This document shows, piece after piece, positions 1 through 7,030 of a DNA stretch of 32,000 nucleotides. Within the stretch, counting starts at the first letter, position 1. The number at the start of each line of letters is the position of its first letter. The translations under genes were made by a program, and so were the position numbers. The notes beneath the pieces are model-generated. The model ran no database searches. It saw nothing but the letters and a program-made list of their open reading frames with translations, and had not been told where the DNA came from. The DNA lies in assembly GCF_008000775.2 (NCBI RefSeq), contig NZ_CP042905.2, forward strand, positions 2,130,001 to 2,162,000, in the 5' to 3' direction. The DNA is from Promethearchaeum syntrophicum (GTDB lineage: Archaea > Asgardarchaeota > Lokiarchaeia > Sigyniarchaeales > Promethearchaeaceae).

Positions 1-35
1 ATGTAAAAAAAGGATCCAACATTCTACCAGTTCCT

Positions 36-923
36 TTGCAACTCATTTCTGTTCCAAATTTTTATTCTTTGAAAAGCATGGAGAAGATACCTTATCAAAA
101 AATTGCTTTGATGCATGGAGATCGAACTTTAGCCACTACAATTAATCAAAAATGCCGATATTGGAGGGCGGATCAACAGTGTAAGTTTTGTGCCCTCGAA
201 TTTTCACTTAATAATGGAGCAACCATTGAACGAAAAAACGGTGCCCAGATAGTTGAAACTATTCAAGCAGCCCGAAAAGAAGATAAAGAATTTGCCGAGC
301 ATTTGACTCTAACCATTGGAACTACTGAAACTCCCGATAAAGGTATGGCGGATTATCTAGAAGTTATTAAAGATATCCGTAAATCTTATCCTCATATTCC
401 TATCCATATTCAAATTGAACCTATGAACGACATTTCATGGTATTCAAAACTTCATGCAGTTGGGGCAAATACAATTGGAATTCATCTGGAAATTCTGGAC
501 CCCGAAAAAAGAGAGGAGATATGCCCGGGAAAAAATTTCATTCCATATGAAAAATATGTTGAACATTGGAAAGAATCAATTGAAGTTTTTGGGAAAAACC
601 AAGTAAGCTCATTCATTTTAACGGGTTTTGATCGATTCGAAGATAAATTCGATTTTAGAAAAAAATTAGAAGAAATGGTGAAAATCGGTGTTATGCCATT
701 AATTACACCAGCAAGATATTTAACTGGGGTAGAATACAAGATACCTGAAACCTCAAGTCAAAAATTCTACGATTTAGTAATATACGCAGCAAAACTGTGT
801 GACAAATATGGATTAAATCCTGAAAAAAATCAAGCAGGTTGCATACGTTGTGGCGGGTGTTCTCCTATTATTGATGCATTCAAATTTGTTGTAGCCAAAA
901 AAATAGCCCTAAATAAAAATTAA
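36..923 (+). CDS. radical-SAM-like Fe-S enzyme (putative; family not identified)
   Basis: 295-aa ORF. Its frame is open back to base 3, so the true start may lie upstream of the window; in-window options are TTG 36 and ATG 78. It has an N-terminal Cys triad CRYWRADQQCKFC (C-x8-C-x2-C, with an aromatic residue before the last Cys as in the radical SAM CxxxCx(F/Y)C motif). This is followed by beta/alpha-like segments (LTLTIGTTE, IHIQIEP, IGIHLEILD) and a C-terminal CIRCGGC. The Cys spacing is non-canonical, so the assignment is tentative. Confidence 0.4.
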   Translation: MQLISVPNFYSLKSMEKIPYQKIALMHGDRTLATTINQKCRYWRADQQCKFCALEFSLNNGATIERKNGAQIVETIQAARKEDKEFAEHLTLTIGTTETPDKGMADYLEVIKDIRKSYPHIPIHIQIEPMNDISWYSKLHAVGANTIGIHLEILDPEKREEICPGKNFIPYEKYVEHWKESIEVFGKNQVSSFILTGFDRFEDKFDFRKKLEEMVKIGVMPLITPARYLTGVEYKIPETSSQKFYDLVIYAAKLCDKYGLNPEKNQAGCIRCGGCSPIIDAFKFVVAKKIALNKN

Positions 924-1585
924 TTTTGATATTTTTTTTTATAAGTTTTAAAAACTTCTTCTACAATCTTTTCATTATTTGAATCTGAGCTAATTTTTTT
1001 TTTTAAATCATTTTCAATTGAACCTAGAAGAGCCATGATATGATTCTCAGGATAAATTGATCTTGTGATGATGTGTTTTGGGAGTTTATCATCGACGATG
1101 AAATTATCTACATTGGATAAATTTTCATCTATTCCTAAAAGGTTCATTAATCTGATTTTTATATCAGGAGTAATGTGATGTTCAAATTCACAAGCTAATT
1201 TATCTATCTGGTCAGGGTCGGTCATATTTAGGATTCTTTCAAAAAACAGTTCCATAACTACGTGGTTCATGATTAATTCTTTTCCGCGATCTTTCCCTTT
1301 TTTACTTAACCTAATACCTGATCGAGGTTTCCATTCAATTAATTTTGCAGAAGCAAGTTTTTCTAACATATTCGAAACTGATGGAGCTTTTACTTTCAAA
1401 CGTTCTGAAATTTCTTTATTTTTTACCCATCCCATAGGATTTTTTAAAGATAATCGATAGATCGCTTCTACATATTCATCATAACTTTCAGAATAAATTT
1501 TGTCTCTATTAGTGACACTTTTATAAATTGACGGATCTGAACTAGTTTTTTTTAAATCGGAATCCATTTTCTTTTCCACAATCAT
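920..1585 (-). CDS. DtxR/MntR-family metal-dependent transcriptional regulator
   Basis: ATG start at 1585. It has a winged-HTH segment ISERLKVKAPSVSNMLEKLASAKLIEW. DtxR-type metal ligands are present: H-x3-E (NHVVME) and C-x2-E-H (ACEFEHH, cf. DtxR C102/E105/H106). The stop codon overlaps the stop of the convergent gene within TTAA at 920-923. Confidence 0.75.
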   Translation of the reverse strand: MIVEKKMDSDLKKTSSDPSIYKSVTNRDKIYSESYDEYVEAIYRLSLKNPMGWVKNKEISERLKVKAPSVSNMLEKLASAKLIEWKPRSGIRLSKKGKDRGKELIMNHVVMELFFERILNMTDPDQIDKLACEFEHHITPDIKIRLMNLLGIDENLSNVDNFIVDDKLPKHIITRSIYPENHIMALLGSIENDLKKKISSDSNNEKIVEEVFKTYKKKYQN

Positions 1586-1614
1586 TCCAAATAAAGAACA
1601 CCTAAAAAAATTTA

Positions 1615-2319
1615 TTATGCTAAACTAAAATATTCAAATTCACTTAACTTAAAGTTTATAACTTTCTTATTTCTTAAGAATTCTAAATGCTTTTTTGTCC
1701 TAGCTAATGCAAAAAACAATTGATCTTTTGAAATCCCCGGCACTCCACAAGCAATTAAGATTATATTCTTTGAATTTCTTGTCACCATGGAAAATTTTGA
1801 ATCTCGATACGGATATTGACTCAATATAGTATCCTTTTTATCACTAATGACTAAAGTATTTGGGGGCAAATTTTTAACATCCATTCCAATTGGAATAAAT
1901 GTTTCATTTTTTTGTGTTAAACGAAAAACAATTGGATAATCAAATGTTTCGATATCGTATGCTCCCATAGGTATTAATGCTGCTGCACTAGCCCAATTAT
2001 ATGCATCAACAAAAGCGGATATTTTTGGAATTCTTTGATTTTTCAAAATACGCCTGATTAATGCTTCACTTGAAGGTCTAATTTTCGTAGGATCAAGATG
2101 AAGATGATTCCAATAAAATTTACGATATTTGGATACTATTTGGTCGTCTTTTATATTCTCAATAGTATATTTTGATTTCAAATCGGACTTTATTTTCAAT
2201 ATTATTTGATCAAAATCATATTTATCAGATATAATTTTGAAATCGGAGATTTCCATAGTCGCAATGGAAATTTGAATATCATTTTTCTGTAAATTGTTAG
2301 AAAAGGAAATCTGAATCAT
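1615..2319 (-). CDS. B3/B4 tRNA-binding-domain protein (PheT-related, stand-alone)
   Basis: The segment YRKFYWNHLHLDPTKIRPSSEALIRRILKNQRIPKISAFVDAYNWASAAALIPMGAYD matches the conserved core of stand-alone B3/4-domain proteins as I recall it. The ORF track starts at TTG 2328; I prefer the in-frame ATG at 2319. Confidence 0.6.
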   Translation of the reverse strand: MIQISFSNNLQKNDIQISIATMEISDFKIISDKYDFDQIILKIKSDLKSKYTIENIKDDQIVSKYRKFYWNHLHLDPTKIRPSSEALIRRILKNQRIPKISAFVDAYNWASAAALIPMGAYDIETFDYPIVFRLTQKNETFIPIGMDVKNLPPNTLVISDKKDTILSQYPYRDSKFSMVTRNSKNIILIACGVPGISKDQLFFALARTKKHLEFLRNKKVINFKLSEFEYFSLA

Positions 2320-2343
2320 TTTAATCAATTTTAGCTACAAAAA

Positions 2344-2360
2344 TATTGTTTGAAACAATA
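2344..2360 (-). promoter_or_regulatory. 17-bp perfect palindrome (8+1+8) between the ATPase stop and the B3/4 gene start
   Basis: TATTGTTTGAAACAATA lies 25-41 nt upstream of ATG 2319 and 25-41 nt downstream of the stop at 2385. It could be an operator or a terminator hairpin. Confidence 0.3.
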
Positions 2361-2384
2361 GAATCAGTTTTTCATTAAATTAAT

Positions 2385-3611
2385 CTATTTTCTCAATTTT
2401 TCCTCGTATTTTTTTTCAAGTTGTTCAATGGGAGTATCATCAAAAATTATTTCATCAAATATTTGTTGAAAATTCCTTATTATTTCTCGTGGATTTCCTA
2501 AAGTATATTCATATACTAAAAGAATTAGTTTTTCAGTTAGAGGAAAGAATTCATCATTTGGAATTGGTGATAACCCATGACTTTTTCTATATAAGTTAAG
2601 TGCTTCAAAATAATATTCCTTAGCATCTTTAGTGGAATAATTAGCAATTTTTATTGGTTCATTTATCAAGTACTGAGATTCTTCTGGGAAATTTGATAAT
2701 AATTCGTCTTTATTCTCAGTTTGCATCGAGATAATTATTTTAATTTTTTTATTTCTTTCTAAGAGTTTAACAATTTGTTCAAAGAAATTGGGAACGTTTT
2801 CTTCTTCATCGACAACCGTTAGTGTTTGATAGGTATCATCGAATTCGTCATAAAAATCATCATCAGAATTATCAAATTTACTATATCTTTGCCAATTTTT
2901 ATCAATATCATCAAACATAATATTAATTCCGTCTTCTAAATGATCTGAAAGAAGGTGAAGAAGTTCTTCAGCCATAAATTTTGCAGATAAATTATTCTCA
3001 ACTCCAAGGAAGAATAATTCATCAATATCCATTATGTCTCCTAAAAGCCATCTTTCTGCAATCGGAGAACGTTCAGGATCAATAGCATGTGAAATAATCA
3101 CAATCATAACTTCTTCCAATTGGGGTTGATGCTCACAATTTTTGAAGGTAGATGTTTTTTTGGCTTGATCTAAAACTTTTAAAGTATTACCTGTACGAAA
3201 AATTCCATACTTCATTTCATGAGCTCCCCATAAATCTGCCAAACTTCTTGTTATTTTTTGTAAAACTGAAGATTCTACCATTTCTATAACTTTTGTATAT
3301 ATATCATAGTAGAATATATCGGAATTAGGTGGAACATCTATAAAAATGGACGGAGCATTGATTTCTAACGATTGTTTTATCTGATGAAGAAAAAAGGTCT
3401 TTCCTGTTCCAGTATCTGCTAATAAAGGGATTATTCTTTTAGTTTTATTTTCGTTCAAGATTTTCATGAATTCTTTTAGTAAATATCTTCGATTACCAAC
3501 TAAAGTTAAATTCTCTTCAATATCGGGTTTAGCGACAAATTTTTCAAAAGGACTTAAGGAATTTTCCAAACATTCTAAGAATTTTCGACCTTCGATCGTT
3601 TGTGCTTTCAT
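2385..3611 (-). CDS. P-loop NTPase, ORC/Cdc6-like (AAA_16/AAA_22-type), function unknown
   Basis: ATG at 3611. Walker A is LLADTGTGKTFFL and the Walker B-like strand is INIMFDDID. A lid-domain sensor-2-like motif, TLGNPREIIRNF, resembles the GDAR/GNPR motif of Orc1/Cdc6 and ExeA-type ATPases. There is an acidic insertion NSDDDFYDEFDD...VVDEEENV. No C-terminal winged helix is evident. Confidence 0.5.
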   Translation of the reverse strand: MKAQTIEGRKFLECLENSLSPFEKFVAKPDIEENLTLVGNRRYLLKEFMKILNENKTKRIIPLLADTGTGKTFFLHQIKQSLEINAPSIFIDVPPNSDIFYYDIYTKVIEMVESSVLQKITRSLADLWGAHEMKYGIFRTGNTLKVLDQAKKTSTFKNCEHQPQLEEVMIVIISHAIDPERSPIAERWLLGDIMDIDELFFLGVENNLSAKFMAEELLHLLSDHLEDGINIMFDDIDKNWQRYSKFDNSDDDFYDEFDDTYQTLTVVDEEENVPNFFEQIVKLLERNKKIKIIISMQTENKDELLSNFPEESQYLINEPIKIANYSTKDAKEYYFEALNLYRKSHGLSPIPNDEFFPLTEKLILLVYEYTLGNPREIIRNFQQIFDEIIFDDTPIEQLEKKYEEKLRK

Positions 3612-3637
3612 TACAATTTACCAAAGAAATACATTGT

Positions 3638-3648
3638 TATATATATAT
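3638..3648. promoter_or_regulatory. palindromic (TA)n TATA element in a 60-bp divergent spacer
   Basis: TATATATATAT at 3638-3648 (centre 3643) lies 32 nt from ATG 3611 on the minus strand and 29 nt from ATG 3672 on the plus strand. It is flanked by the 8-bp inverted repeat AAGAAATA (3624-3631) / TATTTCTT (3646-3653). Confidence 0.45.
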
Positions 3649-3671
3649 TTCTTCTAGTATAATAGAAACAA

Positions 3672-4289
3672 ATGAATGAGTTAAAAATGGAACCATCTCC
3701 CTATGTGATTATTGATAATAATCATAATGTGAAAAGATTTGGAGAGTATTCGGGTGGTATTTTGACAAAATTGAACGGATCTACAAATTCTCTTATATTT
3801 TCAGAGAAATTAGCTCTATCAGAAGATTTATATGTATGTAATGGATTACATGTATGGTTTGAAAATGGGATAATTCATTCAAAGGAAAAAGAGTCAGTGA
3901 TAACTGATTTTAGTGAAATTGATTATTGCATACAATTGGAACCAGATTTAATTAAAGATTTCGATTCTGCTCGTTTTTCCGCTCATTACCCTCACATAGT
4001 TCGGTTTCTTCACACCGCTTGTTTGTATTTAGACACAGAATCTTTTAAAATTGATCATTTAGAATTTGTTTCAGGAGAAATTCTCAATAGACCAGTCGGA
4101 ATTGGCCATGATAACGGCATAATCTTGGGAGATCGATTAGTTATTGATGATAGACGCTTAATTTTTTATGATTGTATATTGATTGGAAGAGAGGAAAATC
4201 AAATGCTGAAACAGTCATATGAACATTTCCTCACTATCCCCTTAAAATTTCTCTCCAGTCTAATACTTCTCGGGAATGAAAATTTCTAA
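3672..4289 (+). CDS. hypothetical protein
   Basis: A 205-aa ATG-initiated ORF, unlikely to stay open by chance in such AT-rich DNA. It is divergent from the ATPase across a 60-bp TATA-containing spacer. No motif recognised. Confidence 0.55.
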   Translation: MNELKMEPSPYVIIDNNHNVKRFGEYSGGILTKLNGSTNSLIFSEKLALSEDLYVCNGLHVWFENGIIHSKEKESVITDFSEIDYCIQLEPDLIKDFDSARFSAHYPHIVRFLHTACLYLDTESFKIDHLEFVSGEILNRPVGIGHDNGIILGDRLVIDDRRLIFYDCILIGREENQMLKQSYEHFLTIPLKFLSSLILLGNENF

Positions 4290-4313
4290 ATAAAAAAAAA
4301 AATTGCGAAGTTA

Positions 4314-4643
4314 TTAAATAAACATTAAGATTGCTGCAATTATTACTAATATACCGCCAATATTGCTCCCAAACAAAAATCCAAGTATTCCTAAAACCAA
4401 GATGACTAAACCATTGAAACCTATTTTTGCTTTCTTTGAACTTATCACTCCTGTTGATATTAGAATTAAAAGTCCGATAACAATGGCGATTATTCCATAG
4501 ATTACCGCACCTAAACCGACAAGGAAATCAAGTTCCACAAAGTTAGTAACTCCTCTACCTAACATTCCTAAAATTGCCTCAGCAATAATTAAAATTCCGC
4601 CTATTATGGCCAGAATTTTAGCTAAACCATCATTTTTTGCCAT
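4314..4643 (-). CDS. small Gly-rich integral membrane protein (3-4 TM)
   Basis: 109 aa, almost entirely hydrophobic helices (ILAIIGGILIIAEAILGML, GAVIYGIIAIVIGLLILI, LVILVLGILGFLF, GGILVIIAAILMFI). A TATA-like TTTATAAATA lies about 24 bp upstream of ATG 4643 on the minus strand. Confidence 0.6.
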   Translation of the reverse strand: MAKNDGLAKILAIIGGILIIAEAILGMLGRGVTNFVELDFLVGLGAVIYGIIAIVIGLLILISTGVISSKKAKIGFNGLVILVLGILGFLFGSNIGGILVIIAAILMFI

Positions 4644-4705
4644 AAATGTATTTCATTCAATTTATTTATAAAACTTCCTCTAATAAACGAAAATTTTTTT
4701 TCTAA

Positions 4706-6994
4706 TTACGGATTAATTTTTCGTTCTATGCATTTGCCATTTTCTATTGAATATTCTTTGCATTTTGAACAAAATCCTTCATTAGTTTTATCTTTAAGTC
4801 CTTGATTCCAGCATTTAGGGCATAAATAGTATTCGAAAGAATTATTTTGCCCTTTTCGGATAATTTTAACTGCATCAAAACCACAGATTAAGCATTTAGA
4901 TTTAAGAATTTTAGGAGTTCCCTTTTTAGGAAGTGAAAGAAATGTGTTACAGCTTTCACAAACAAAGAATTTTTTTGTATAATCCCTGCTAATTACCAAT
5001 TTCATCGGATTTTTATTACAATTTGGACATAATGCAGTTGAATATTTAGCTTTTTTAGATGGATTTGGACTAGTTTTATTCGGAACAGGGTTTTTTTTAT
5101 TGGATATAATCTGATTATTTCGACCTCTGGTAATATTACCTGTTTGCTCTAGAACGTTCATTTTTGAAAGAAAATTGGGTTTTTCTTTGCGAAATTTATC
5201 AAAAAGGATTAAAAATTCATCTTTTACATCTTTTACAACATCCTTCATTAGTTTTTTCCCATTTCTTATAGTTTCTAGTTGCATTTCAACATTGGATGTA
5301 AATTTAGGATCGAGAAATGGAAGCCAAATAATTTTCAAAGCATCGATTAGCAAAAATCCGAGTTCCATAACAAAAATCATTCGATTTTTTCGTTCAATAT
5401 AGGTTCGATCAATAAGAATTTGAATTATGGATGGTCGCGTAGATTTAGTGCCAAGATTTTTACGTTCCATCAACTTTAGTAAAGATGTATCATTATATCT
5501 GGGTGGCGGTTGTGTTTCTTTTTCTCTTAAATTTATTTTTTTAACGGGAAGAGATCCTAAGGGTGCTTTTTTTGTTGAATCAGTTTGGTCTGTCTTTTTA
5601 CCAGTAGAAAGTTGGTCAAAAAATACTAACGGAGCATCATATTTTTTTGCTAAAAATGGGGCAATAGAGTAAAATCCTTGATCTGTTAACACTGATAATC
5701 TAGAAACGAACTCTTCTTCGTTTATGGAAAATAAAACTTTAGTATCTGATTCTTCAGCGGGATCCCCAAAAAGAGCCAAATATGAACGAACAACTAAATT
5801 GTAAACCTTTTTTTGAAGATCATTTTCAAATTTCGGTGAAGAAGGCTCTAATGAGATTAAAGGAGTTATTGGACTATGATCGCCTGCATCAATTTTTCCT
5901 TGTCTGGGAATGACTTTCTTTTGTTGAAATCTGGTTTTTACATAACTTCCGTAATTATTGTGAATCATGAATTTTTGTAATATTGAAAGATGATCATATG
6001 TTTTTGAAAACACATCACTATCTGTTCTGGGGTAGGAGATTATTTTATTGAGATAGAGATCTTCTAAAGTTTTTAATGCAAGTTTTGCGGTGATTTTAAG
6101 ATTTTTTGTAATTAAAACTAAGGCTTTTGAAGTATTAAGGGGGGTTGGAGGTAGAATTTTTTTGGAACTCTTTTTTATGCTCATAATGTAAGCGTCTTTA
6201 GCATCTTTGATTTTATCGTAAATCGATTCAGCTAAATTTTTATCGGAAAAATTATTTTTTACATGTGTTGCAACTATCAATCGATCTTTTATGGCAAGAT
6301 CTGCGGATATTGACCAGAAAGGTTTAGAAACAAAATTCCTTATTAGATTTTCGCGTAAGTATAATAAATATAAAAGAGAAGTTTGAACCCTACCTATGGA
6401 TGTAAACCGGACATTAATCTTATTTAAGATCGGTTTTAATGTAAGAGACACTTCTCTAGTTGCAGAAAATCCAATAACCGCATCCAATATTGCACGTGCT
6501 TCTCCACTATACGCCCAAGACCATTTTGGAGGAATCAAATTATTATAGGCTTGCACAATTGAATTTTTTTGTAAATCATTTAACCAAATTTGCATTATCT
6601 TAATGGATGGATTTACTTGCGTAACAAATGGTAAAGCATCCATCATCCCTATTGAACAACCTTCGACATCCGCATCCGTTCCGATGACACAATTTGTGCA
6701 GATTTTTGCATATTTCTTTAGGGCAGATATATAAGGACCGGCATAATCATTAGGGATTCTTTGAATGGCATTGGAATTGGTAATAATTTCGCGTGGATCT
6801 CGAGCATTCCACTTCTTGTATGCGGGGCTATTTATATATTGCTGGATATGACCACGTAAAGGAATTACATATATGTCCTGAGATTTAGATTTTACATGAA
6901 AAACTTTTACATATTTACTAACCGAGATTGTCTGGACTGGACCTAATGCTTCTGCTATAGCTTGAGCTGCTTTCTTTTTTTCAGATATAATCAT
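4706..6994 (-). CDS. topA: DNA topoisomerase, type IA (archaeal Topo III/TopA-like) with C-terminal zinc ribbons
   Basis: TOPRIM elements are present: MIISEKKKAAQAIAEAL with the conserved Glu, and the acidic cluster GTDADVEG. The active-site motif is ISYPRTDS (catalytic Tyr, cf. I(T/S)Y(P/M)RTDS). C-terminal 4-Cys ribbons are CPNC...CESC and CLIC...CPKC. The ORF track starts at TTG 7003; I prefer ATG 6994. Confidence 0.85.
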   Translation of the reverse strand: MIISEKKKAAQAIAEALGPVQTISVSKYVKVFHVKSKSQDIYVIPLRGHIQQYINSPAYKKWNARDPREIITNSNAIQRIPNDYAGPYISALKKYAKICTNCVIGTDADVEGCSIGMMDALPFVTQVNPSIKIMQIWLNDLQKNSIVQAYNNLIPPKWSWAYSGEARAILDAVIGFSATREVSLTLKPILNKINVRFTSIGRVQTSLLYLLYLRENLIRNFVSKPFWSISADLAIKDRLIVATHVKNNFSDKNLAESIYDKIKDAKDAYIMSIKKSSKKILPPTPLNTSKALVLITKNLKITAKLALKTLEDLYLNKIISYPRTDSDVFSKTYDHLSILQKFMIHNNYGSYVKTRFQQKKVIPRQGKIDAGDHSPITPLISLEPSSPKFENDLQKKVYNLVVRSYLALFGDPAEESDTKVLFSINEEEFVSRLSVLTDQGFYSIAPFLAKKYDAPLVFFDQLSTGKKTDQTDSTKKAPLGSLPVKKINLREKETQPPPRYNDTSLLKLMERKNLGTKSTRPSIIQILIDRTYIERKNRMIFVMELGFLLIDALKIIWLPFLDPKFTSNVEMQLETIRNGKKLMKDVVKDVKDEFLILFDKFRKEKPNFLSKMNVLEQTGNITRGRNNQIISNKKNPVPNKTSPNPSKKAKYSTALCPNCNKNPMKLVISRDYTKKFFVCESCNTFLSLPKKGTPKILKSKCLICGFDAVKIIRKGQNNSFEYYLCPKCWNQGLKDKTNEGFCSKCKEYSIENGKCIERKINP

Positions 6995-7030
6995 AGTTGC
7001 CAAAAAATCACCAATTCTCTTACAAAGTTT

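Noticed and set aside
482-739. 85-aa minus-strand ORF inside the radical-SAM-like gene. The 63-aa ORFs at 1269-1460 and 3466-3657 are of the same kind.
   Set aside because: These are antisense 'shadow' ORFs wholly inside longer genes that contain recognisable motifs. Their translations are low-complexity and rich in Phe, Ser and Ile, as expected from the complement of AT-rich coding sequence.
3612-3671. Possible replication origin next to the ORC/Cdc6-like ATPase, given the nearby topoisomerase, Dna2-like and kleisin genes. The 10415-10654 spacer was also considered.
   Set aside because: The spacers are only 60 bp and about 240 bp long. I could not find repeated ORB-like elements flanking an AT-rich unwinding region. 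The only repeat in 10415-10654 is the AT-only 10-mer GAATTAAAAA, which occurs twice. The ATPase also lacks a winged helix.
5175-5672. Two plus-strand ORFs (75 and 81 aa) inside the topoisomerase gene.
   Set aside because: They are antisense to a gene with unambiguous catalytic motifs, and I see no independent signals for them.
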